A stretch of DNA of 64,000 nt, taken from Scyliorhinus canicula (Eukaryota). The notes below the pieces were generated by a model that saw nothing but the letters and a program-made list of their open reading frames with translations, was not told the DNA's origin and did no database searches. Below are positions 25,570 to 37,492 of this stretch, one piece after another. The stretch covers positions 64,413,654 to 64,477,653 of the forward strand of contig NC_052155.1 in the NCBI RefSeq assembly GCF_902713615.1, read 5' to 3'. Every line of letters starts with the position of its first letter. The stretch's first letter is position 1. The position numbers were made by a program, and so were the translations under genes.

Positions 25570-26136
25570 GCGCAGCTCAGCCTTTGAATCAGAAGCTTGT
25601 GTGTTCAAGCATCACCCCATGAATTCAGCACAAAACCTAGGCTGAGACTTCAGTACTGAGGAATGGTGCACTGTCAGAGGTTCCCTTTCAAATGAGATAA
25701 AGCTCCCTTCTACCCTCTAATTGGATGTAAAGGATCGAAGGGCACTATGTTGAAGAAAATCAGGGGAGTTTAACCCTCCACCAACAACACTAAAGTAGGT
25801 TATGTGCTCTTTTTAAGACCTTACTCTGATCATAAAATCCCTACAGTGCAGAAGGAGGCTATTCAGCCCATCACATCTGCACCGACCCTCTGAAAGAGTA
25901 CCCCACCCAGGCCTACTCACCTGTTACCCTACCTAACCTTTTGGGCACTAAGGGACAGTTTAGAATGTCCAATCAACCTAAGCTGCACATCTTTGGACTG
26001 TGGAAGGAAACCGCAGCACCCGGAGGAAACCCACGCTGCCACATTTTCTACCTTCTAGCAGTTACTACGCTCCCAAAAGCATTTTGGGATATCCTGAGTT
26101 GTTGAAAGGCTCGGCGGAAATGCAACTCTTTCTTCT
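25570..26136 (+). mobile_element. Old Deu-domain SINE (SacSINE1/AmnSINE1-like), interrupted by a V-SINE
   Basis: GAATCAGAAG...GTTCAAG head; GGATGTAAAGGATC...GGCACTATGTTGAAGAAAATCAGGGGAGTT core; tail GGGATATCCTGAG...GAAAGGC...AAATGCAA. Family assignment is from memory of the consensus. Confidence 0.65.
25828..26035 (-). mobile_element. 5'-truncated V-SINE, CR1-type tail
   Basis: CCCTACAGTGCAGAAGGAGGC...TTTGGACTGTGGAAGGAAACC...GGAAACCCACGC. Confidence 0.85.
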
Positions 26137-26789
26137 ATTCATGCCAAACATGTACATTTAAGCCAACTACCTGGAACATGATGCCATTCTTAAGATCTTC
26201 AATCTTTTTCTCTGGGTCTACAGAGAACATTAATCCTAGCTGACACTTCCAGATATGTTGTACTGCGCTCATCTCGGGAGAGTGCCTGTGAGTGCTGCAC
26301 AGAGCAGCCCTCCTTCCACTCAGGCTAGCATGGTAGCATGACTGGGAGGAATCGATGACTGCGCCATTGATTTATCCATTATTTCCAAAGCACTTGCACA
26401 GGCCTTTGCAATGATTCTTGTGCTTTATCATCTGTAAAGTCTGAGGTTCACCTGCAGCACATTCTATCACTTTCCCACATACTTAATTTACTGGCTAAGT
26501 TTAATTTTATTCCAATGGTCCCTTTCCTTTAAATGGCTACAACCACATAGGAAGCACTCCCTGTGTAAGCCCCCAGAGGTAACGTACAGAATAAATAATG
26601 AGCACCAGATCCAGAAGTTTAAATTGGAAAACATTCCTCACTGCTCAATGTTCGTAGCTGATTATCCCCATATTTGAATATATAGAATCCTGGAATGCTT
26701 TAGTACAGGACATGATTTAGGCTATCAGAGTCATGCCAACTCTTTGGCTTGGCCCCATGACCTGTAAATACTTCCTCTTTCTATTCCCT

Positions 26790-27135
26790 TTTCTGCAGGC
26801 AGAAAAGGTCACAACAACTCATTGTTCCAATTATTTTGCCTATCCATTTGATTTTCTATCTGCTGAATTCTGACCCTCTCAGCCAGCGGAAATTGCATCT
26901 TCTTATTTATTCTATCTAAACTCCTCATGACATTGGATACCTCTATCAAATCCCCTTTTAACCTTCTCTGCTCTAAGGAGAACAACCCCAGCTTCTCCAG
27001 TCTCTCCATGTTCCTTTAGTTCCTCATCTCTCGTACTATTCTAATAATTTTGTTCTGCATCTAAGGTTTGACGTCCTTCCTAAAAGTCATGTCCAGGATT
27101 GTGCAGCACTGTAGCTGAAGCCTAGCCAATGTTTT
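26790..27135 (-). mobile_element. CR1 LINE ORF2 3' fragment
   Basis: ERLEKLGLFSLEQRRLKGDLIEV. Confidence 0.85.
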
Positions 27136-28854
27136 ATTTTCATGCCCATCCACCTCTGTGCTCAGTCCTAACGGGGGGATGAAAATCCTCTTAGCTGGAA
27201 GGAAGGAAACAGATCAAAATCAGAAGCTTTGTGGTAATGAATGCAAGACTATTTATTCTCTTTTCATACCCTAGCACTCAGCTCTTTTTTTTTTTGGAGG
27301 AATTAACGAAGGAAAGCTCAAAGACATGGGAAATGAACAAATCAGACATGTGGCATATTAACACAGTAATGTGTATGCTGAGGGTTTTAATAGTAATTTC
27401 AACTGAACAATCACAGCTGAAAAAATATTTGAGAAATAGCACGATTAAGGTCTAAGCGATAAGGAGAAAAAGGATTGGTAGCCAAGGTAACTGCACCTGT
27501 ATTAAACTGTAGTGAAGGCAAAAATATGAAATGGAGTAAGCACAGATTTAAATCCAATATCATACCCACATTAATGTCACTGGGTGAGCTCAATATATAC
27601 TGCCGAGATTTAATTTCACAGTCAGTACAATTGTCTCTAAATGTGTTTTTAATTCAAATTCTTAAACAAAAGTGAAAGATGCCAAAGAGTCAATTAGGGG
27701 TAATAAAATATAAAATTATGAACAAGCATTGAATTCCGCTTAATTGTTTGAATATTTCATTGTGATAATTAGTGAGAAATTAATGTTACTGCATTTAAAT
27801 ACTTTTTATTAAGACAGTTGCAGTATTCGAATGATAGATTGCAACATCATGGAAGCCTATTTCTGTTCACAATGTGTGACAGAATTACAAACCTACTTAT
27901 AAACAAACACATAGCAATAGAGGAAATCTAACTCCAGTGTTTCAATTTTAATGTGTATTGATATATAAGCATGAAAACAATGTTTTCAGAAATCATGTAA
28001 CTGTGTCTTTTTTGTTTAAATTCATAGCACAGCACGTAGATCTAATTTTAAAACCATTCTGTTATGCTGCGTCAATATGTCAGATAAGTATGAATTGCCA
28101 CTACAACTGTTAGCTAAGTTATGAATGAGGCTACTGGTCTGGGATTTCATAAGATTCAATCATCTGAAACAAAGTAATAAATAGCCATTGACAAACTGAG
28201 AACTTGGGGTTCAGCCTTTCTAGCAGTATGTTAAACTTAATTGATATAAATATGAGAGTGTAAAATAATTTTCAAATAAGTTTCAACACAATATGAAAAT
28301 AATCAAAGTTCACTGATATGTTTGTGATCCCTTCCGATAATTGCAGGTGATTGATAGATCTATTTAATGAACTGCGATTGAAAAAGGGGGTTGGAACTTG
28401 CCAAAGTAATAAGGCTAATGGAACTTGCCATTATTTATGGGTAAAAGTTACAGCAACTTCAGGCAAGACACAGAGGCACAGTTAACTATGAACATAAAAA
28501 TGTTGCTATCAAGTTGTGCTGCTTTGGCGTTGACTCTGCGAAAATGGCATCCTGTCTTTATATTTTTTGTGAACTTGCTGTGTTTGTCCATTAATTCCCA
28601 GTCAATGTGTCACAGAAAGTTAAACCTTTCCATGAAAAGTGGGAGTACCTTTTAATAGTACGGTATGTGTTAATGACTGCCAGTCAGCCCTTCGGACACC
28701 AAAAATTAACTATTGCCTATATTGAATCTCATAACTTCAGGTTTTTCTAGGAGCTTCCAAAAAACAGGTGGAATTTTCCGATATTTTTTCAAAGTGTCGG
28801 TCCCGGCCAGGAAACCGGGGTCAATCTCGATGGTAGCAATACTTAGCATATATT

Positions 28855-30420
28855 CAGCCTCTATTCAGTGCCAAAAGAAGCTGAATGACCTTCTTCGTGC
28901 AGTCATAGGGTAAGTCTGCCTCATGTCGCCCACTGCACCCCTTAACATATCCATCACACCTCCACAGTGATCTCTCTCCCAGCCACGTCACAGGGTCTCA
29001 ACACTAGTCACAACCCCCTCCCCAATTCCCCATGGTACTCCCAGTAGATAATCTGCTCCCCACATCCTGCCTGCTTCCACTCAGCTCCAAGCATGCCCAG
29101 ACTTCCTCACCATCTGACCTGCCTACACTCTCCCCATCTGTCTCACTGCAGGACAAACCTGAGCACAACTGGCATAAACGAGCACAGATTGCCTGAGTCA
29201 TGCCCTAATGCCCTTTGAGAGAGCGCCCTGGAGCTAGCTGGCAAGGAGCAAAACCACACCTATGCAGAGGGCAAGGTTAGAGCAAGAGACAATTGAGAAT
29301 CCTCAACACATTGAGCCATGGTGGAAACCTCCCGTGAATTAATTTTCTCCCATCAGACTGCTTCTGTGATGCCATATCACTTCCCTTACAGGTCAATCAG
29401 TCAAACAGCCCGGACCGTCCTTGCATGCTTTGGGGATCAGAGACCGGAGCATCTCCGAGGAAGACATTTCAAAAACAAGCTTCGAGGAGGTGTCACAGCT
29501 GTCACCCGCACCCTCCGACAGCACAGATATTCACAACCTTAGTGAGAACAACTACAGGGCAGGGTCCTGGATCGCTTACTTGAGAGCACCTCACAGCTGA
29601 CGATCCAAAGCAGGCGGCGGAAGGAGCGTCCTAGGGATCCAGCACTCAGAGGGATTCCAGAGCCCAGGACTTTGCTGAGCCCAGGCTGATGACGAGCCCT
29701 TGGGGACGGTCTTCCCATAGTTGCCAGAGATGCAAAGGCAGAGACACAAGCATCAGAAAGGGCTGACAGCATCTTTCCTTGGACTGCAAGGCCAACTGGA
29801 GGAATTCCATCGCCCTGTGTCCTGGTGCCATCAGTCCTACGCAATGAGGCCAGCACTGTGATGGTGGCATCAGCAGTGGAGACCTTGGCACATGATGTGT
29901 ACTCCATGGTGGTGATTGTTCAGCTCATGATCTCCATGGCTAAGGACATGAGCTCCATCGTGCAGGGCTTCAACTGCATGGTGCAGGCACTAATGGGAAT
30001 CCACGAGTGGCAATGCCATATGATGGTAGGTCTTCTGGATCTCATTCCAACTGTTCTTCCATCCCATGGAGGAGCTTGGGGCACCAGATACCTAAATGGA
30101 AGAGGATCGCCAGGAGCGCAGTCCAGGGCCTACCACCCAGGATATCCTGAGGGTGTCCTGCCCATCTGACATCCCGCTCCCTGTGAGCGACACATCCCCC
30201 AGCCCTGTACACCAAGGAGAGAATCACTGTCACACCCGTAGAACCCAAAAGTAGTTCCAGACTCTCAAAGTGCAGACCCCCTAGGGGATTTCTGCCAAGA
30301 TGACCTCGGGCAACAGGGCATGAAAGTCAGAAGGCCACCTAAACCTCAGCTGTGGATCATGGGGGTACATCAAGATGTAACGGGAGGGTAAGAAACGGTA
30401 GGTACCAAGTAGGAAAGGGT
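28855..30420 (+). pseudogene. Harbinger Myb/SANT-like DNA-binding protein remnant (spliced)
   Basis: QCQKKLNDL matches the end of the Myb/SANT (MSANTD/NAIF1-type) domain; the next exon begins DKPEHNW; a later coiled-coil-like segment is homologous to copies A and B. Confidence 0.65.
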
Positions 30421-31164
30421 GAACCTCGGCAACAATTGAGGTACATCACCATTTAATTGTGCACTTGTAATAAAATTCATCTTTTTCACCCACACTGATT
30501 TCATGGTGCCATGCTCCACAAACCCCACACAAACTCGCCACTTCATCCCTGCGCAGTGTGAGAATGGCAGCGCTATTTCTCTCCCACCTCCCACACCAAC
30601 GATTCAGTAAAGCCATGCCATTCCTAGCATGGACCCCCAGCCCCACCCCTCAACCTTCCCCTAACACCCCTATCCATGGAAGGTTTCTCCCAGCAACCCC
30701 CATCTCCCCACACATGCACACATCAATGCTCCAGCCTCTCATATCTGCCAACATTCTCTAGTTATGAGGATGCCAAGGGCTGAGAACAGCCCTGTACACC
30801 TCATCAGGAGATAGAGAAGAATATCAGGAGCCCTGACCTCAGAGGGGGCAGTAACAGCTTAGATGAGTCTTCAGCCTCTCTGGGCCCCGAGGTCACCCCG
30901 TTCAGTGGCAGGTTGCATTCTGCTCTCTCAGGCAGGCGTCAGGCATTCCGCAGAAGATAACAGGAGCATCGCTCTGTCTTCAGAGCAAATCACCATCATT
31001 CTCCTGCAGCACCCTGACAGTCACTTTATCATCCTGCCCATGAATGTAGCCACCGCAGGCACCACAGTGGTGTCAGAATGTCAGATCCAATGTCAGATCC
31101 AATTGGGAGAGCTCTTCACACCCTAGTCCTGGTCATTCAAGAACGAGAGTTTAAGAGGGCGTCC

Positions 31165-32130
31165 CCAGCCCTGTGCCCCATGAGCCATTGCTCAACGTCC
31201 TTCCTCCGCTTCCTCCGAACTCCTCAACATCCTCCACACCCAAGGAGATGAGGCACTCCTCCATCTCTTCCTTGTCCAGCAGTTCTCCCAGCTGCAGTGC
31301 CAGGTTGTGCAGAGTGCATCACTATGGGGGTCTGTATTGGAGGGCTCTCTCCAACTGGTCAAGGCACCGGAACTGTACCATGAGCAGGCCAATCGCCAGC
31401 TCGAACAGTGCACAAGTTGATGCATGAACCTCATGTCGTGAGTCTCAGCCGTGTGTGTGGCCTCTGCACTGGCGTTATCGGCCATCTCCTAAATGGGTAC
31501 CCTCTGTCTCCGAGGAGCCGACACTCCAGGCACTGCTCTTCCTCTGAAATGGATGGGACCTGCGAGCATCCCAAGGCGTAACAATAATGGACACTCCCTG
31601 AGAAAGGTGAACACACACATTCATAATGCACATTGTGTGGTCACAGGTGATTTGGACCTTGTGGGAGTGATATCCCTCATGGTTCGCAAATGGTTCCCCA
31701 TGCCACCATAGAGAGTGCAGAGCCACATGGGTACAGTTGATAACACCCTGCAACTGGGAACATGGATCTATGTGGATGAAGTGCATGTTCCTGATGTCTT
31801 GGCTCTCCTGGTCTGGGTCCAAGTGATTGTACATGTGGGCTCTCACAAATAGTGCATCTGTGACCTCTCTTATGTACTTGCATGTGGTTGACTGGGAGAT
31901 GCCGGACAGATCACCCATGCAGCCCTGAAATAAGCTGCTGGCAGAGAGGTTCAGCAGCACAGGCAATGGTGACCTCCCAGTCCATGTGGTTCCAACTCTT
32001 GCATCACCTGGCACAGGTGGGCCACATTCCCCAGGACAGATGCAGTTTTATCTGCCACTGGACCTCTGACATCTGGAGGTAGGAAGTTCTACAGCCGTAT
32101 ACCTGCAGCCGGTAGTGTCTCCTCCGAGGC
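31165..32130 (-). pseudogene. Harbinger transposase remnant, copy C
   Basis: FQGCMGDLSGISQSTTCKYIREVTDAL...LQGVINCTHV...NHEGYHSHKVQITCD and LLGDRGYP. Confidence 0.88.
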
Positions 32131-33519
32131 TCTGCCATATATGACACTGCTCCCAGAAGATCACCTGGCTCTGCCTCCCCTTCCTCTGCAGGCTGGTAGT
32201 CCCATCTGTTTGCAGCGGCACATTGATGTCACTGCTGCTGCTCGATCACATTTGACTCTTCAAGGAAGGGTCAGGCAGCTAATTAGGCAATAGGCGTCCT
32301 TTTGTGACAGGCGAGGCAGACCAGACGCATGTAAACATTGCAATTTGCAGTGAAGTTCATCCTTGGAGAGCACCATTATTACCATAGCTGTCGTGAACTG
32401 TGGATTAAACTAGCCTTCCAATTTAACCAGCCAGCCAGCCACAATCCCTGACAGCCTGTTCTCCATGACCAGCCTTGAACTTCCAGACAGCTCATGCCCT
32501 CAGGCTTCAAAGTTCAGCCTGAATGTGGAGATTAATTCTGACTGCACTCATTCTCCCCCTTGCGCAAGAGGGGGAGGGGGGGGGCCTTTCGGAGATGAGG
32601 TTGGCAATTTTTATTTTTATACAGTTGTTGTAAATTGTGCTGGCATTACGCTGATGCCTAATGAATATTCAGTGAGAGGGTGAAGTCCTGGAGGGAGGGC
32701 TCGCTAATAAGGGGATAATGCATTTCAATGAAGTTTCTGACCTTCCTGTAACTTTACCGCCAAGAGGCCTGGAAAATTGGGAAAAGTAATCTAGCCAGTG
32801 AGAATTGCACTTGCATCACAATTCTCGCTGACAGCTAACGTGGGCTGAAAACTGCCCCCGAGAACTCTTTCCTTACATTTCCATTCTACCTCTTTTCTTC
32901 TCGCTCTCACAATACAGTTTTCTTTCCCTCTCTCTTTATTTCTCTTTCTGTACCTGACTTGAAATTGAATTCATCCACTGTAACCCACCTCCGCCGTGTG
33001 TTTGTTTCCAATCCTCAAACCTGTTTGGTTAAAGGTACATACTGATGAACCATCAATTGGACGCGAGACACGATGAAGATCCAAACTGTGGCTTTAATCA
33101 GCTTGTTGTTAGCCCGGTGGTCGACTACAGAGAAAGGCCGACCGCCGTGAAACCTGGGTACGTATGCCCCGCCTCGGAGGCGGGGTCTACTTGCCTCTCG
33201 ACCAATTGGTGAGCAGTCACATAACTAGTCCCAGCCAATCAGACAAGAGGCACATGACCAGCCAGAGCCAATGGGAAACCAATGCTCTGCACCAATGGCA
33301 GTGGTCCCACTCATATCACCACATTCACCCCTTGTGGAGAAAGAAGGCGAGGGGAGGCTGTCAGGGGAAGAGAGAGGGGGGGGGTCTGAGGACTGGTGGT
33401 ATGAGTAGAGATAATCGAGAAGATATGGGCTGCCCACTGGCTCATGGCAAAATAAACAATACTACATACTATATTAGGATGCAAAATAAATTACAATAGA
33501 GTCCAATAAAGTCCCATGG

Positions 33520-36500
33520 TTACATCAGATGGACACGATCAGCCTGTCGGGTGCCCGTGATATTCTGGTGGACCGTCGCAGTGGAGCCGGTGACGTTGGG
33601 CCGATGGTCGTCCTTGCCTCCGGGAGCGTCGGTTGTAGATGTGTCTCCATACCCCGGGCCGGTGGTGGAGACGCTGTAATCAGGGAAGGGGGGGTATATG
33701 CGCTGGGTCATGGGGGCGAGGGGGGCGCTGGGGGGAATTGGGGTTGGGGGGAGGGTGTTGATGGAAGAGGAGAGGGCCGCACGCCGGTGGGTGCCAGGTC
33801 CCGGAGCGAGACCGTATCCTGCCAACCGTCGGGATACTCCACGTACGTATACTGTGGGTTGGCGTGGAGTAACTCGACTCGCTCAACCAACGGGTCGGAC
33901 TTGTGCACCCGCACATGCTTCCGGAGCAAGATGGGCACGGGAGTGGCCAGCCAGGTCGGGAGAGGGGATTCTGAGGACGACTTCCCAGGGAAAGCAAGAA
34001 GACGTTCATGAGGTGTTTGATTAGTGGTAGTACAGAGGAGAGACCGGATTGAGTGAAGGGCGTCGGGGATGACCTCTTGCCAACGGGGGATAGGGAGATC
34101 TCTGGACCGTAGGGCCAGCAGGATGGTTTTCCAAATGGTGCCATACTCCCGCTCGACCTGACCGTTACCCCGGGGGTTATAACTGGTCATCCTGCTAGAG
34201 GCGATGCCCCTGCTGAGCAGGAACTGACGCAGTTCGTCACTCAGAAAGGAGGACCCCCGGTCGCTGTGGATGTACGCGGGGTAACCGAACGGGAGAAGAT
34301 GGATAGGAGGACCTTTATGACGGTTGTTGTGGTCATGTCGGGACAGGGAATGGCGAAAGGGAAGCGGGAGTATTCGTCAATAACACTCAAGAAATATGTG
34401 TTCCGGTTGTTGGAGGGGAGGGAACCCTTGAAGTCTGTACTGAGACGTTCAAAGGGGCGGGATGCCTTGATCAGATGCGCTCGTTCAGGGCGGTAGAAGT
34501 GCAGTTTGCACTCGGCGCAGACCTGGCAGTCCCTGGTGACGGTCCTGACTTCCTCAACGGAGTAGGGCAGTTTGCGGGTCATAATAAAGTGGTAAAAACG
34601 GGTGACCCCTGGATGGCAGAGGTCCGTGTGGAGGGAGCGGAGGCGGTCAATCTGCGCGCTGGCGCAGGTACCGCGGGACAGGGCATCAGGAGGCTCGTTG
34701 AGCTTACCAGCATGATAAAAGATATCGTAGTTATACGTGGACAACTCGATCCACCACCGCAAGATCTTGTCATTCTTGATCTTGGCCCTCTGTGCATTAT
34801 CGAACATGAAAGCCACTAACCGTTGGTCTGTGAGGAGGGTAAACCTCCTGCCGGCCAGATAGTGCCTCTAATATCGCACAGCTTCGACTATGGCCTGTGC
34901 CTCCTTTTCCACCGAGGAGTGGCGGATTTCGGAAGCGTGGAGGATTCGTGAGAAGAAGGCCACGGGTCTGCCCACTTGGTTCAGGGTGGCCGCCAGAGCT
35001 ACGTCAGATGCGTCGCTCTAGACCTGGAATTGGAGGGACTCGTCGATAGCATGCATCGTGGCCTTTGCGATATCTGCTTTTATGCGGCTAAAGACCTGGC
35101 GGGCCTCCATCGATAGAGGAAAGGAAGTGGACTGGATGAGGGGGCGGGCTTTGTCGGCGTAGTTGGGGACCCACTGGGCGTAATAGGAGAAGAAGCCCAG
35201 GCAGCGTTTGGGAGAGGGAGTTCCATCAGGGGATGCATGCGTTCAGGGCCTATCACTCCGTTACGCACTACGTAGCCGAGGATGGCTAGACGGTCGGTGC
35301 TAAACATGCACTTATCCTTATTGTAGGTTAAATTAAGGAGTTTCGCGGTTCGGAGGAATTTTTGAAGGTTGATGTCATGGTCCTGCTGGTCATGGCCGCA
35401 GATGGTGATGTTATCGAGGTACGGGAAGGTAGCCCCTAACCCATGCTTGTCGACCATTTGGTCCATCTCCCGTTGGAAGACCGAAACCCCATTTGTGACA
35501 CCAAATGGAACCCTGAGGAAGTGGTAGAGGCGCCCATCTGCCTCAAACGCGGTGTACTTGCGGTCACTCGCGCGGATGGGGAGCTGGTGGTAGGCGGACT
35601 TAAGGTCCACCGTGGAAAAGACTCGGTATTTCGCGATCCTGTTAACCAGGTCGGAAATACGGGGGAGAGGGTACGCGTCCAGCTGCATAAACCTGTTGAT
35701 GGTCTGACTGTAATCAATGACCATCCGGTTTTTCTCCCCAGTCCGAACTATCAGCACTTGGGCTCGCCAGGGACTGTTGCTGGCCTCGATAACTCCTTCC
35801 TTATGGAGCCTCTGGACCTTGGACCCGATGAAGGTCCAGTCCTGGGTACTGTATCGTCTGCTCCGAGTGCCGACAGGTTTACAATCTGGGGTGAGATTAG
35901 CAAACAAGGAAGGTGGGTCCAGTTTGAGGGACGCGAGGCTGCAGACAGTAAGGGGGGGAATAGGACTGCCGAATTGGAAGGTTAAGCTCTGCAGGTTGCA
36001 CTGGAAATCCAGGCCCAAGAGTGGCGGAGCACATAGACTGGGGAGAATGAGGAGTTTGAAGTTTTTGAAAACCCTCCCCTGGACCGTGAGGTCCGCTATG
36101 CAGCACTCGGTGATTTGGATGTAGTGCGAACCCGAGGCCAATTCGATTTTATGCTTAACTGGGTGGATGGGGAGTGCGCAGCGTCTTACTGTGTCGGGGT
36201 GGACAAAACATTCCGTGCTCCCGGAGTCCAGTAGGCATTTCGTCTTGTGTCCGCTGAGCTTGATCGTTGTCGTAGTCTTGGCGAACGAGCGTGGTCGCGA
36301 CTGGTCGAGTGTGATGGAAGCCAGTCGTGGCGAGAGTTCCAGGTCATCCTTGGTGGCAGAGTAATCGCTGGCAGGGCCTTCCATGTTGGCCCAAGATGGC
36401 AGCGCCCAGGACCCGCACGTGGAATCGGGGTCCCAAGATGGCGGCGCCCAGGACCCGCACGTGGAGCCGAGGCCCCAATATGGCGGCGCCCATGACCTGC

Positions 36501-37492
36501 ACGTGGCGTCCGGGACCCAAGATGGCGGCGCCCGTGGGAACCTCGTGGCAGCTTGGGGCAGTGTCAGTGGCGTCTGCGGGCTTGTCGGGGCAGCCGAAAG
36601 TGGGGGTCGGGAGGACCGTGGGCCTGTTGCGGGGGCCGGGAGGCGGGCCGGAGAGGTCGGTGTGCGGCGCGGGGCCCAAGGGGGGCCCGGGGGGGGGTCC
36701 GCGGTCGCTGCACGGAACAGCAGCGACCGACTTGGTCTGGCAGACAACCGCGTAGTGACCCTTCTTCCCGCAGCTCTTACACAAAGCGGAGCGGGCCGGG
36801 GAGTACGGGCGGGGGTGTTTAGAGAGGCCACAAAAATAGCAGCGGGGCCCCGATAGCTTGTTGGAGCGTTCCGCAGCGCAGGCCTGGGGGGGGGTCGGGG
36901 TCAGCGGAGGATGGGGGTGGCGCGTGCCACGAGGTCCAGGGAGTTGCTGCGCGGCCGGGGGCGTATGCGCGGGCGTTCAGGTCGGCGACCTCCAGGGAGG
37001 TTGCAAGGGTCCGTGCCTCAGCTAGGCTAAGGGCGTTCTTCTCCAGCAATCGTTGGTGGATAGAGGAGGATTGCATGCCGGCAACATAAGCGTCTCTAAT
37101 TAAAAGTTCCATGTGCTCAGTCACCGAAACTTGGGACAGGCGCACATTCTCCCTAGAGGTGTGAGGGCCTGGTAGAATTCGTCGAGTGACTCACTAGGGA
37201 ACTGCTGTCTAGTCGTCAGGAGATGCCGTGCGTATATTTCGCTGACCGGCCGGAGAAAGTGTCCTTTCAGGATATCCATGGCCGCATCATAATCACCTTT
37301 GTCCTCAATCATTGAATATGCCGCCGTGCCCACGCACGAGTGGAGGATGTGGAGATTCTGCTCCTTGGTGGGCTTACTGGCTACAGTTATCAGGTAACTG
37401 TTGAAACACGCCTGTCAATGTTTAAAGATTGCAGGCGCATTTGAGGCATGCGGACTGGTGCGGAGGCAGTCAGGCTTGATGCGTAGCTCCAT
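33520..37492 (-). pseudogene. Gypsy gag-pol pseudogene of G1
   Basis: MELRIKPDCL start; Zn knuckle CKSCGKKGHYAVVC; protease LLDSGS; RT DLKSAYHQ and YLDN; RNase H; integrase HTDLCH...CQVC, DFKG, DEYSRF, NGQVER; frameshifted. Confidence 0.93.
36385..36540 (-). repeat. 42-bp in-frame tandem repeat x4 in the Gag-protease linker of G1
   Basis: CAA(G/T)ATGGC at 36392, 36434, 36476 and 36518; encodes (W)APP(S/Y)W units. Confidence 0.9.

Larger units (their letters stand above)
28766..32859. mobile_element. Near full-length decayed PIF/Harbinger transposon copy C (~4.1 kb)
   Basis: Degenerate TIR-like ends AGGTGGAATTTTCC / GAAAACTGCCCCC; Myb/SANT remnant QCQKKLNDLLRAV followed by donor GGTAAGT (~28910); acceptors at ~29150 and ~29391; AATAAA at ~30469; transposase on the minus strand. 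Confidence 0.75.

Noticed and set aside
33324-33720. Chromodomain or env gene at the 3' end of G1 (and G2 at 55900-56266)
   Set aside because: Only a Pro-rich tail ending in an RRS.R...APDRL motif and a short UTR are present; there is no chromodomain or env-like ORF, so assignment to Tf1/sushi chromoviruses is unsupported.
33529-36856. Many antisense or alternate-frame ORFs over G1, G2, the L1 and the MITEs
   Set aside because: These are expected in GC-rich TE sequence, and none shows independent protein features.
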